Positions 13,707 through 27,511 of a DNA stretch of 64,000 nt are shown here, piece by piece. Position 1 is the stretch's first letter; every line of letters begins with the position of its first letter. A program made the translations under genes and the position numbers. Source of the stretch: the human T2T-CHM13v2.0 reference genome, Homo sapiens. Under the pieces are notes generated by a model, which did not search any database, had not been told where the DNA came from, and saw only the letters and a program-made list of their open reading frames with translations. Where the stretch lies: the NCBI RefSeq assembly GCF_009914755.1, contig NC_060935.1. The stretch is one strand, 5' to 3'.

Positions 13707-15117
13707 ACGTTGTTTTGCATATCATTAGTTCATTCCTTTTTCTTTCTGAGCAGTAATTCATTATGCTGAAATTTGTTTACACATTCATCTATTGATGGAA
13801 ATTTGGGTTGTTTCCAAGTATTGTGGATTACATATAATGTCACTATGAACAACCTTGTCTGTGGACAGGTTTTCACTTATCTTGTGTAAATACCTATGAA
13901 TGAAATAGATTGCTTCACATCTTTCACAACACTTGGTGGGGTCAGTTTTTTTAAATTGTACACATTCTACTAGATGTGTAGAGATATCTCATTCTAAATT
14001 TAGATTCCGTTTCCCTAATGGTTAATAATTTCAGCATATTTGTATGTGCTTATTTGGCATCCATGTTGTTTTTAAAGAGTCATTTCAAAATTTTGCCCTT
14101 AATTTAATACATTTTTTGTTTGTTTCTTATTTTGAAAGTCTTTATATAGTCAACATACAAATCATTTACTAACTATGTGAATTGCAAATATTTCCTTCTG
14201 GTCTGTGGCTTTCCTTTTCATTCTCTTAGCAGTATCTTTTGATCAACAAACATGCTTAATTTTGATGGCACATAATTTATTAATCTTTTTCTCATATGTA
14301 TTTGTGGCTTTAGTGGTTTTATATAGGAAATCTTTGCCTAACTCAAGATAACTGTTATCTTCTAGGAATTTTAATAGTTTTAAGTTTTTTGTACATGATG
14401 CAAGGTATAGATTAAAGTTCTTTTATTTTTTCGCATGTGAATATACAATTGATCCAACATCGTTTTCGTAAAAGACTATTCTGTCTTCACTGAATTGTCT
14501 TTGTACTTTTGTTGAAAATCAATTTCTGGATTCTTCAATGTGTTCCATTTATCCATTTGCCTATCTTGATGCCAATATCATACTTTCTTGATTAATGCAG
14601 CTTTTATAGTATGCATTGAAGTCAGCTTGTGTAAGTCATTCAGCTATGTTCTTTTTCAAAGTTATTTGAGCTATTCTAAGTTCTTTGAATTTCCATATGA
14701 ATATTAGAATTAGATTGTCAGCCTCTATGAAACAAACTACTGGGATTTGACTGAAATTGGATTGAATATGGATCAATTTGTGAATTGCTATTTTAACAAT
14801 ATTGAGTCTTCTCATCTTCAAATACAGACTGTCTCTCTATTTATTTATATTTCATTTAATTTCTCTCATTAATGCTTTATATTGTTTACATTTTTCATTA
14901 TATTTATCAGTTTTTTATGTATATTATTACAAATACTATTTTTATTTCACATTGTTTATTGTTAGTATATAGAAATACAATTTATTTATTGTATATAAAG
15001 TTTGCGCCTTGCAAACTTTCAAAGCTCACTTATTATTTCTAATAGTTTTTTTGTAGATGTCAGTTGATTTTCTACATAGATGATCATGTCTGGAAATAAA
15101 ATGTTTGATTGTTTCCC

Positions 15118-15408
15118 AGCTGGGTGCAGTGACTCAAGCCTGTCATCCCAGCACTTTGGGAGCCCAAGGTGGGCAGATCATTGGAGGTCGAGAGTTCAAG
15201 ACCAGCCTGTTCAACATGGTGAAACCCCGTCTCTACTAAAAATACAAAAATTTGCAGCGCATGATAGTACATGCCTGTAATCCCAGCTACTCAGGAGGCT
15301 GAGGCAGGAGAATTGCTTGAACTCGGGGGCGGGGGTTGCAGTGAGCCCAGATTGCACCACTGCACTCCGGCCTGGGTGACAGAGTTAGACTCTGTCTCAA
15401 AAAAAAAA
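15118..15408 (+). mobile_element. AluS
   Basis: Full dimeric Alu with a 10-A tail. Confidence 0.95.
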
Positions 15409-16129
15409 TCAAAACCACAATGAGATACTACCTCACACCAGTTAGAAAGGCAATCATTAAAAAGTCAGGAAACAACAGATGCTGGAGAGGATGTGGATAA
15501 ATAGGAACACTTTTACACTGTTGGTGGGAGTGTAAATTAGTTCAACCATTGTGGAAGACAGTGTGGCAATTCCTCAAGGATCTAGAACCAGAAATATCAT
15601 TTGACCCAGCAATCCTATTACTGGGTATGTACCCAAAGGATTATAAATCATTCTATTATAAAGACACATGCACACATATGTTTATTGCAGGACTATTCAC
15701 AATAGCAAAGACTCGCAACCAACCCAAATGCCCATCAATAATAGACTGTATCAAAAAAATGTGAGACATACACCATGGAATACTATGCAGCCATAAAAAA
15801 GGGTGAGTTCATGTCCTCTGCAGGGACATGGATGAAGCTGGAAGCCATCATTCTCAGCAAACTATCACAGGAACAGAAAACCAAACACTGCATGTTCTCA
15901 CTCATAAGTGAGAGTTGAACAATGAGAACACATGGACACAGGGAAGGGAACATCACACACCAGGTTCCGTCAGTGGGTAGGGGGCTAGGGGAGGGATAGC
16001 ATTAGGAGAAATACCTAATGTAGATGATGGTTGATGGGTGCTGCAAATCACCATAGCACGGTATGCCTGCGTAACAAACCTTCACGTTCTGCACATCTAT
16101 CCCAGAACTTAAATTATAATAATAATAAA
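15406..16129 (+). mobile_element. 5'-truncated L1PA (about L1PA6-8) 3' end, directly after the Alu tail
   Basis: aaatcaaaaccacaatgagata...gggatagcattaggagaaatacctaatgtagatg...cccagaacttaaa plus an AAT-rich tail. Confidence 0.93.
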
Positions 16130-16414
16130 TTACTTGTTTTCCAATTTGAATGTATTTTATTTATTTTTCTTGCCTTAGTGCACTAACTAGATCCTCCTGT
16201 ACAATGTTGAAAAGAGCAAATGAAGTTTTCTTGTTCCTTACCTTAGGAGAAAAGCATTTAACCCATAACACAAATATGATATTGTATGTAGGTTTTTATA
16301 AGTTCCTGTCTTTTTCTAATGTGCTGAGAGTTTTTATCAGAAATAGATGTTAAATCCGATTGTCTTAGTTTTTTTCTGCATCTATTTAGATTACTGTATA
16401 TTTTTTCTTTTTAA

Positions 16415-16900
<486 letters not shown>

Positions 16901-19447
16901 GGTTTTCTTTTCTTAAAATGCTTTTTTTGTTTGTTTGTTTTAGTGTCAGAGTAATGCTAGCATCATTAACTGATTAGGAAAGTATTCCATACTTTTCAAT
17001 TTTTGGAAGAGTTTGTATAGAATTAGCATAACTTTTTCTATCAATTATTGAGAGTGGGATATTGAAACCTTAAACTATTTTTTGAATATGTGTCTCCTTG
17101 CAGCTTTATCTATTTTCGTTTCATGTATTTTGAAGCTCTGTTACTACTTGCATAAATACTTCACAATGCTATATCCTCTTGATGAACTGACCCTTCTGGA
17201 TGGTGAAGAAAAATAAAATATTCTTGGCCTAACCTGAGCTCCAAGAATTGTTCCCCTTAGTCCTTCCAGAGGTTCATTCTTCAGTTTCGAGTAGATTTCA
17301 CCCACACGTGTGCAGATGAGTTCTCTCCTGAAACACTTGAGAAAGACCTGATAGATATTGCCAGAGTTTTCTCCCCATGCAGCTCTCCCCTCGCTCATGC
17401 TCTGTGAACCCTAGCTGCTTTTGTCTGGGAACTCTCAGCTGTCTCCTCAACTCTACAAGAATGCCAGACGCTGCCTGTGTTTCTTATGGCTCACCTAGGT
17501 CTAGGAGATTTAACTGATTACTTAATCTTTTATCTAAAACAAACCATACTAATTTGTACAAATACCTTTAATTCTGTGTGAAATTATTTTTATATTCTTT
17601 ATTTAAGAAAATGTGATGTTGTATCTCTGTCTTAAATCATCAAAAATATAATGACAGAAAAATTAAAAGAAAGAATAACAGAGGAAACATATGGATAACA
17701 CTTGAATTAATTCACCATTCCAATGTCAGGAAGATAGTTTCTGCAAACATTTAAAAAATCTATGTATTCTGACGAGTTGATGTCTTGTGATGGTTTTACA
17801 AGAAGAATCAAATATAAATATCATGTTGTAAAAGATTAATATGCATGCATCTGCTTTAAATAGAACAAGGCTAAAGAACATTTTGTTCTTGTTACTGCTT
17901 CTCAATAAGTTTGGTAGTTCAGTTTAACTCAGGTAAGCTTTCTAAATGTCTAGCATCTTGTCCAAGCTCATAACAAAGATGTTCAAATGCCTTGGCACCC
18001 TCCTATTATTATTCCTTCCTGCTCTCCTCATAACCTTTTATTTTCTCATTTTTCATTTAACCATTCCTGGACCTCACTCTCATCTTGCAATATCTAATAA
18101 GCCTTTACTAAGGACTGAACATGTGAGGGCCAGATTTGTGAACTGGACTTTTCTCTCTGTAGATTTTTCAATTAGGTTTTCACAATGCCCTAGTTTCACT
18201 GAGTCAGTAAAACTCCCAGATGTTTCCATTCTTTATGTATCTCTCCTTGTATCCCTCATCTCTGTCATAATTTTAGAGACCCTCTTGACATTTAAAAAAT
18301 TTGGAAACAACAGTTTCTTATTTCTGCCTAAGAAGACTTAAGATATTTCTGTAAAGATTTGGTTGGACACATATAGACATTTATTCCAAATTAAATCAGT
18401 GGTCTTCTTCAGATTGAGTTCCAAGCTGTAAACTTCAAAGGATAAGTTCTGCTTTACTAACTGTAATGCCAAACCAATTATTTTATAAAAACAATTAAAT
18501 TGTCATGAACATAAGATTTCATATCCTGAAAGAATAGGAATAAGTTCTATTTTCACAATTAGTTTTCTATGTATAGTCCTCAACCACAATGCCTGTGAAC
18601 CACCATCCTGGGAAATAAACTTTTCTTGAGATCTCAAAGCAAATGAAGACAAGTAACCAGCATGGCACAAATGCTTCTCTGCTACTACGTGGATTCTTTT
18701 ATAGACACTGATTATATATTAAGATATTAATTTTATCCATTTACGCTCATCAAAAAAGAAATATATGGTCCACATACTTAAATTCAACTTCTTTCTTAGA
18801 GGCAATGGACTAAGTACAATCACAAGCAATAGACAAACATCATAACTTTAATTTTTGGCTGTAAAAATGGAATAAAAACAGTAATTGTATTCATCATCGC
18901 TTGATGAAGTCTTTAAAATGTTACTTTTATTCTAGGAAGAATGTAGGCAACCTCTAAAGGGTTGATGTGGCAAGAAAGACACTGATATTTTTTCTGGGAA
19001 AAAAATACCTTGGCTCTGAACGAAAAAGAATATTGCTGAAATTATAGTTAGGAGCCTAGTTCTCCTATTGTTAGAGCTCTTTTAGGACATTTTATGATAT
19101 TTTCTACAAGCACAGGACTGTGGCTATTTAGCTTGGTTTCTATTATGCCTTTCTTGGCATCATGTAGGATAACTAGCACATCTTATAGGACACCAGTGAA
19201 AGACAAAATAGACAACACAAAAATCGTATGGCATTCCTCAAACTGTTTTATGTGAAAAAGAAAGGCTGTCTTATACTATTCAAATCCCTAGACGAATATG
19301 TCAAAATAAGAGTACGAGAGGAAGGGGTTATTTCAAGGATATCCCACATATAGACAACATGGTGCATTGTGACATCGTTATATAAATATTAATAGTGCCA
19401 GAATACTAATCCCTTCATCGGGGAGGAAATATTCTAAATTCACTTAC

Positions 19448-19511
19448 CTCTTGCAGCACTTTCCTACATAGTACTGTAGACACAGCCCATTGGCATCCTA
19501 GAGATGGCATT
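19448..19511 (-). other. Candidate 64-nt spliced exon (transcript unknown, possibly lncRNA)
   Basis: On the minus strand: acceptor cctgctttctcttcag|A and consensus donor GAG|gtaagt, in non-repeat DNA. There is no expression evidence. Confidence 0.3.
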
Positions 19512-22457
19512 CTGAAGAGAAAGCAGGATCTCAACTCCTCTCAAGGTGTTCCTCCCTCCCTTGAAGGTCAGGATGTCTTGTGCTGGCACATCCTTTGGTG
19601 GGTCAGTAGATGGCAGTGTGTCTGAATCTAGTATGTATGGTAGGGGAAAGCTTTTTAGCATTTCCCAAGAAAATGAAGGTTTTGAAAGCTGTGAGGCAGC
19701 ATGGGGCCTAGTGCATGGGCCAGAAGACTTGATCTTTATTTCTGGCTCAACTCCTGAATACATTTACTTGAATAAATGGACACCAGCCACTTAACTTTTG
19801 TGTTCTTTGCTTTCTTGAACTTGAAATTAGACAAAATACTCTGCCTCTTCCCATCTCCCTCACAAGGACCCTGTGAGTTTAATCAGACTTCAGATTCGTT
19901 TCCGTTCTTTGAAGAAAAGACTCCTTATGAATTTGCTATGCTATTTATAATGTCAGTGGCAAAATTGATCTGGGTTGTTCTTCTGGGACTTGAAGTAAAT
20001 AAACACAGAGGCATTTGGCAAGAAGGATCTTCTGTATTTCTGTGCCATAAAATGTTGGTGTATTTTGGTTTTAAGTAGCAGCACTGGATCTCAGGATGCA
20101 AAATTATTCTTGTTACTTGGAATTAAAATAACTTCCTCCATTCCATGGAACTTGACAATTACGGAAGGAAGCCAATAGGCCTCTGGCACCTTCCCAATTT
20201 AAATTTAAACTGTTCACTGCAAGTACAGATTCAATCAGATACAATCATTTTCACTTTTCCCTGCTATTAAACATAAGAATTTTCACTTCAGCATTTTACT
20301 ACAAAGCTGGCACTCTGATAAATGTTAAATGAAATGGTAAGTAGGAAATACCATTGAAGGGTTGAAAGATGATTCTTTTTCCCAACAAGATCCAGCTGTG
20401 CATGAATTCACTGGAAGTTAGAATAGTTAGAATCCTCAACCAAAACATACCTTCAGCTGCATGGCACCAAAATGGGTCATGACAAGATCATGTTGGGGCA
20501 AAACAAACTTTAACATCTCACCTGTCAACCTGGCTCTGGCCACGATCAAAGCTAAGCTTCTTTGAAGAAGCCTTGCTACTTTGAGGCTGGTAACAAGGAT
20601 CAAAAAGGGATACAATAAATAATACTATTTCTGGACAGGTAGATTCTGATAGGGAGGTCTAGCGTATTTCTAATACAGATGCCTACCTCATCTGGTCTTC
20701 TTGGAAACAAAAAATTATATTGTGTAGGATAGCCAGAAATCTACCTGCTATATAAAAAGATAAAATTGTAAAATGAAATGGATGTCATGTTTGAACACAT
20801 GCCATACCATCATTTTTAGGTAGCAGCCTTTCAGGATATAGACAAATATATTTGGGATGGTTTCTGGGTGTATAATCCATTGGAAAAGCTATTTTAATAT
20901 AAAAATTCACTGTCAAAATATTAATAAACAACTAGTCTTTTTTCAAATCTCTTGTGCAATAAACATAGATTCAAGACAAGTGATTTTTGTCGTGTCATCT
21001 TATTTGTAAGACATGTCTCTCTAGTTGGATAGTGATTGGCTTGTTGGTTTGAACGTCAGGAGGTTAAAATCTTAATTTAAATATGCATTAGTATTAAAAT
21101 ATGTTCAAGAGAATGTCACATCAACCTCAACCTCAAAGTACCAATTATGTTGTTTGGGTTCCACATTTGACACTGTTCTGACTAAACTGATATCCCCCGT
21201 TCAGAATTTCTAAAAATGCCTCAGATCTCAGTTTCATAATACATTCTATGTAAAGTAGAAACATTAAGAAAAACTGAATTATAGAAACATAATTTCATAG
21301 TTTCAAGGACATAGAAGTCAAAGCATACTGCTTGAAGCTAATGAACAATTATAAAGATGTAGAAGCCAGCACATTATTAGCATTAGGTTAGAAGAAATAG
21401 ACAATTCTGTAACCACTCAACAGGATGGATTCAAAACAAAGAAATTGTTAAGTTTGGAGTTTAATTATAAACACTAATTTGTAACTTGGATGAGAACAGT
21501 AACTGTTTTTAATCCTTAGCCAGTGTTTTATTTTTTTCCCTGAAGCCGCTTATTGAAGAAAATAAATGACGCAGGAAAAGCAAGGGGAATAACTAATAAC
21601 CAACATTTTATGCATATATATGTGTAGAACTTAAGTGAGAAAAAAACTGATGGCACCATAGTCAATTTAAATAAGATAAAACGTATCAATCAAGCAGTCA
21701 ACCATAAATCTCTAAGAAACAAGAAGCCCATGTACAAATTCACGGAAACATGGTAATTGATCTTTGTTGATAACGTTGAAGCACTTTGTGATTCAGAAAA
21801 AAAAACAAATTTGGAAGTTATCGTATACATAATATGGTTTTACACATAATATTATGTATATTTTATTACATTTTATATTTTTAGATATTATTCATACCCA
21901 ATTTGTGGCAATCCTGTGAATCCGATCATTGGTAAGTTAGAATAGTTCTTTCCAGGTAATTATTTTTAATTTACTATTTTCAAATAATTTTAAACTTTGG
22001 TAAAGTGGTTTGCAGAGATAGTTGCTCTGACAGGCTGTAAATCGGTTTAGTAGCTACCTAACAGCATGGAATATAAGAATGTGCTCGGCGTGTTAACTGT
22101 ATACATCAATTTCTTAAAAGCTAAAATATCTATATAAAAATAAGGTGCTTTAGGAAAAGAAGGCCATTGGAAGACCCATGAAAATGGTAATTGACTTTCT
22201 GAACCAGAAAAGTAAAGCGATAACATAAAGGAAAGAAACAAGATGACAAAAGGTATCATAAAGTATTACACTTGAGTGCTCTCAGTTACATAGATGGCGG
22301 TTCCTGAATCATCCTGATTTTGTGAAACAAGTGGAAAATGGATAAAAAAAAGACTGCCTCTCTGTAGACTGATAAGATCCCAACTGTTAAGAAGTGAAAA
22401 GTTTCCCAACTTATGCAAATGAAGAATTGCAACAAGTTGGCCAGAAAGGTGATGGTA

Positions 22458-23060
22458 TCTATCAGTCAGGGATCTTTCTGCTCTAAGTGATTGACAATTC
22501 AACTTAAATTGGATTAATAAAACTGAGGTATTATTGGCTATAATGTAAACAAGTAGTTCAGTTTAATTAGAAACTAAAATTCTAATGATTAGAATTTCTC
22601 TTTACACTGCCCCTTGCCCTCTGGGCTAGCTCAGCCCTTTGAATAGTGCCTCTCAACGGATGTACAAGAGCAGCAGCAAGCAGCAACCTTTACATTCTTC
22701 TACCACCCACTTCAGGGAGGCTGTTGTCTCACAGGCCTAACAATTGTTCTAAGGATCACACCTCTGGGGCTGGACTAAATTACTGGCCAATATCTGTAGC
22801 AATCCTGATGGCCAGGAAAATATAATGTGCCTATTGGCTGAAGCCTGCATACATCCATTGATTAGTGAACTCATCCAATAAATAATCAACGTGTTAGAAC
22901 CTTTCTTTGACCCCAATCACTGTGGCCAAGAGTGTGAGCTGTGCGAATAAACCCTAGGCAGTACCATCAAAATTGCATAACCAATAATGCGAAACTAGTA
23001 GTTTCCCAAAAGCAGATGGGATATTATTTAAAGGAAGGAAAATAATAAATGCTGAAAAGA
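22458..23060 (-). mobile_element. MaLR LTR (MLT1K/MLT1J-like)
   Basis: tatcagtcagggatctt...caacttaaattggattaa...tattattggct and ccaatcactgtggccaag resemble old MLT1 LTRs. Confidence 0.55.
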
Positions 23061-23349
23061 AAGCAACTCCAGGGAAAAATTCCCAGCTGTTTTCTTGATT
23101 CTATACATATATAGAGTGGATAAGTTCAAGGAGGCTGAACAAAGAGAGAGAATGCATTTCAATATTTCTAATGCAGGTTCAGCAAAAGGGGATATATGTA
23201 AGGAGCTATTAAGTTCATCAATAAAGTGATCTAGTCTTATAAACAAGGTCATATCAAGTTTTTTGAGTCTGTTCACTGTTAGAGCACTCGTTTATGTATT
23301 CTGTAGTACTTAAGGTTGAGGTAGTTTTATATCTAAGTTATATGTAAAG

Positions 23350-23597
23350 AACTTCTACTCATTCTTTAAGAGTTGGCCAAGTATTCTTTCTGTGAATACT
23401 TAACTGAAACCCCTTATATCAGTCACAAGTATACTTCATGCATATACTAATTTGTACACTTTTCAGAGTCTGTTGTAATTATGTTTGTGTTTCTGTCTTC
23501 CCTACTTAGCTTTGAGCTGTTAGATGACATGGTTTATTCATTTTATCTAGGATATGGCACAACTGGGTATAATGCTCAACTAATATTTGGTTAAAAA
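23350..23597 (+). mobile_element. L2 3'-end fragment
   Basis: tgtttctgtcttccctacttagctttgagctg...aatgctcaactaatatttggtt. Confidence 0.5.
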
Positions 23598-23709
23598 ATA
23601 AATATATAATTTAACATTTTTCTTTCTTTACCCATTCATCAAGTAAAATCTCAACAATTTTATGTAGAAAAAACTCAGATGATTTAATACATGTAAATCT
23701 GTGACAATA

Positions 23710-23925
23710 ACAGCTTGTATTGAATACTTATTAGGTATCAATGATATTCTTTGCATATGTTATTCATTACGTTCTTACATTAAACTTGTTTGGTAGATGT
23801 TATTCTTTCCTTTACATAGATATAAGCCTACGGCTCAATAAATTAACATATACTGCATGTCAGAAATTGGTGTAACTTGGATTTAGCTTATGCACTGTCT
23901 TGTTTAAGTGCCCATACATTTTCTA
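23710..23925 (-). mobile_element. MIR
   Basis: Reverse MIR core tggtagatgttattctttcctttacatagat...ggctcaat. Confidence 0.5.
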
Positions 23926-24293
23926 TAGCTCCTAAAATTTTAACTCTTTTGAAACTGTGTAAGGAGGGGGAAAAATGCACAATGAATAAAAGCTTTCACT
24001 CTGACACCAGTAAGAAAGGTGAAAAACTCACCTGAATGAAGAATCAGATGTGAAACTGGAAGCTCATCTTATCTATAAAGGGAGCTTAAAATACTCAACT
24101 AATATAGAAAGGGCATTTGTAGCTTGTTATTACAGATTTATGTTTCTTCTTTTTGTGTAGCTGTTAAGTACTCATGTTCACATTGATTGTGATGTCACTC
24201 AGGAGAGTTGATCTATTACTTCAAGTATAAAAAACAGAATGAGGGTCCATTAAAATTTCCAGGAATATACTAATAAGAAAATTTGTGAAATAA

Positions 24294-24397
24294 TTTTTCT
24301 TTCTCAGATACTTTGCAAAATATTGACCCCATATATATATATATACCTTATATACTATATATAGTCAGTATTTTGCAAAGTATCCGAGAAAGAAAAA
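24294..24397. repeat. 34-bp inverted repeat with a 36-bp TA-rich spacer
   Basis: tttttctttctcagatactttgcaaaatattgac (24294-24327) against gtcagtattttgcaaagtatccgagaaagaaaaa (24364-24397): 32 of 34 positions complementary. Confidence 0.95.
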
Positions 24398-24398
24398 A

Positions 24399-24525
24399 AT
24401 ATATATTTTATATATATATATATACACACACACATATATATAATATATAGACACACTCATATATTACACACTATGGGTATATAGAGTATGTGTATTATAT
24501 CTGTATACATATATCTATAATACAT
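24399..24525. repeat. (TA)n/(CA)n low-complexity tract
   Basis: Visible directly. Confidence 0.85.
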
Positions 24526-26138
24526 AGTGTTTAGTAGAAATGAAACTCCTCAACAGGTTAGAATATGCAACTGGAAACTGAAAACAAAGTGTGAAAACTG
24601 AAGCTGCTTAGTTTCTTCCCTAGAAATCATGTTGGAGTTGACTTCTTGGGATTTATTTCAAAAATGACTGTTTGAGAAGAAAACCAAAGGTTTTGTGAGT
24701 CTTTTGCATGACTGCATTTGTACAATATCTGCAGTCAGGCCATATCTGAACTAGGTTCAATGACAGCTTTGTGAAGCAGTTATACCAATATCTGGCCCTT
24801 TAGGAACTCCCATAAGGTATTCCTTGTGCTTTTAGGGGATCCTCAGAGTGACCTCTCACTCAGAGACATTTGTTCTTGCTCAAAGACTTTTATCTAGATT
24901 TGCCTTTCAGTGATTTCTTCTCTCTCAGGGTAAGATAGCCAAGCTCTCATTTGATTTTGGGTCTCAAAATGTCTAATCATATATTAATTAGTACCTGATT
25001 CACAACTAATTTTGTAAGATTCAAACTTTTTAATGCCTGAGCATTTCTTTCTGAAAAACATGGTAAAATTTATTTACACTTATTAAGTTGTTGACTTTTT
25101 TAATCTTTGTACTCTGATAAAGAAGCTTTCTTGTTTGTTTAACATGATTCTAGTTTAGCACAATGGAAATGGAAGGGAGAGCCAAAGCATTAGGAACTGG
25201 CAAGGAGGTTGTTTCTATAGTAAATTTGGAAACTTCTATATCATTGCATTTCTAGTTGTTTTGATAGAAGAAAAAGTAGATATTAGAGGGTTGCAGGAAG
25301 CCAGATTAGCCACTCTTCTAAGATAGTGACTCTACTCATGTGGAATGGGTGAATTTACTTATCTGGATATAACGGCTCCACATATTGTGTCCCTAACATG
25401 AAGATAAGCCTCCTTGGCTTCTGCCACATCTTCACTGCTGCTCTATTAGTATATTACTCCAAATGTAAAATCTTGTGTCATTGCTCCAGGTTGAAGTGCA
25501 CTGCAAATTAGTATTGGAGTCAAAGGGGCAGGGAAAAAAGAAATTAAGTGTTGAGAAGGAAGGCAAATACAGGGTGGAAGCGTAGCATAGGCTAAATTTT
25601 GAGAAATGTGAAATTGAAATGAGAGAAGTTCCCTTATCCCCCTGGCAGGGCGTGTGACCTGGGTGTGGCTGGCTTCTTCCATGCCCAGATGCTCAAACCC
25701 CTAGGGTGAGCATGCAGACGGGCAGGTGCATAGATCATGAGGAGCATTTTGGGGCTCTGGCCCCACAGCAGCTTATAGGGGTGAGTGTTTACAACTCTTA
25801 AAGCCCAAGTGGGCATATGTTACAGTGTGCTTTCGGCTTTGCCGTCTGCAGATGGCTTGTGTTAATCAACTTAATTAGACCCTCTGCCTTATCTGAAGAA
25901 AGGGGGCCAAGTGTGACAACCTGGGTTCTTGCCCAGTGTACTGGAAGAATCAGAGCACATGTGGGCTGCAAGGATGAGTGCAAGGTTTATTGAGTGGTGC
26001 AGGTGGCTCTCAGTGAGATGGATGGGGAGCTGAAGATGAGGATGGAGTGACAAGGTGATCTTCCCCTGAAGTAGGGCTGCCCAGCGACCGAAGTCTTCTC
26101 CGACCACCCTTGGCTGAACTCTCCTCAGCGTCCATAAG

Positions 26139-26222
26139 TCCTTCCTCTTCTTTCTTTTCTTTTCTTTTCTTTTCTTTTCTTTTCTTTTCTTTTCTTTTCT
26201 TTTCTTTTCTTTTCTTTTCTTT

Positions 26223-26277
<55 letters not shown>
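26139..26277. repeat. 139-nt pure pyrimidine tract containing (TTTTC)14(TTTC)13
   Basis: Counted directly. It occupies the position of the L1 poly(A) tail. Confidence 0.95.
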
Positions 26278-27511
26278 GTGTGTGTTTTAATTACACTTTA
26301 AGTTCTGGGATACATTGGCACAATGTGAAGATTTGTTACATAGGTATACATATGCCGTGGTGGTTTGCTGCACCTATCAACCCATCATCTACATTAGATA
26401 TTTCTCCTAATGCTATCCCTCCTCTAGCCCCCCACCCCCCAACAGGCCCCATTGTGTGATGTTCCCCTCCCTGTGTTCATATGTTATCACTGTTTAACTC
26501 CCATTTATGAGTGAGAACATGTGGTGTTTGGTTTTCTGTTCCTGTGTTAGTTTGCTAAGAATGATGGTTTCTAGCTTCATCCATGTCCCTGAAAAGGACA
26601 TGAACTCATCCATTTTTATGGCTGCATAATATTCCATGGTGTATATGTGCCACATTTTCTTTATCCAGTCTATCATTCATGGGCATTTGGGTTGGTTCCA
26701 AGTCTTTGCTATTGTGAATAGTACTGCAATAAACATACATGTGCATGTGTCTTCACAGTAGCATGATTTATAATCCTTAAACTGGCTAGCCATATGCAGA
26801 AAACTGAAACTGGACCCCTTCCTCACACCTTATACAAAAATTAACTCAAGATGGATTAAAGACTTTAAAGACTTAAACCTAAGACCTAAAACTATAAAAG
26901 CTCTAGAAGAAAACCTAGGCAATACCATTCAAGACATAGGCATGGGCAAAGACTTCATGACTAAAACACCAAAAGCAATGGCAACAAAAGCCAAAATTGA
27001 CAAATGGGGTCTAATTAAACTAAAGAACTTCTGCACAGCAAAAGAAACTATCATCAGAGTGAACAAGCAACATACAGAATGGTAGAAAATTTTTGCAATC
27101 TATCCGTCTGACAAAGGGCTAATATCCAGAATCTATGAGAAACTTAAATTTACAAGATAAAAACAAGCAACCCCATCAAAAAGTGAGTGAAGGATATGAA
27201 CAGACACTTCTCAAAAGAAGACATTTATGCATCCAACAAACATAGGAAAAAAGCTCATCATCACTGGTCATTAGAGAAATGCAAATCAAAACCACAATGA
27301 GATACCATCTCACACCAGATAGAAAGGCAATCATTAAAAAGTCAAGAAACAACAGATGCTGGAGAGGATTTGGAGAAATAGGAACTCTTTTACACTGTTG
27401 GTGGGAGTGTAAATTAGTTCAACCATTGTGGAAGACAGTGTGGCAATTCCTCAAGGACCTAGAACCAGAAATAACCATTTGACCTAGCAATCCCATTACT
27501 GGGTATATACC
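26150..27511 (-). mobile_element. L1PA (about L1PA7) insertion with 5' inversion (twin priming)
   Basis: 26150-26778 is the antisense L1 3' end, finishing gcatgatttataatcctt. 26779-27511 is sense L1 ORF2, finishing ccattactgggtatatacc. The two ends are adjacent in the L1 consensus. Confidence 0.92.

Noticed and set aside
15549-15764. ORFs resembling the L1 ORF2p C-terminus (also 26494, 27279 and 38669)
   Set aside because: They are fragments of 5'-truncated L1 copies and cannot encode functional ORF2p.
17946-18341. 131-aa hydrophobic ORF
   Set aside because: The hydrophobicity follows from T-rich composition; no recognisable domain or splice context.
24294-24397. MITE (e.g. MADE1) or pre-miRNA interpretation of the hairpin
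   Set aside because: The arms do not resemble mariner TIRs I know, there is no TSD, and the 36-nt TA loop is unlike a miRNA precursor.
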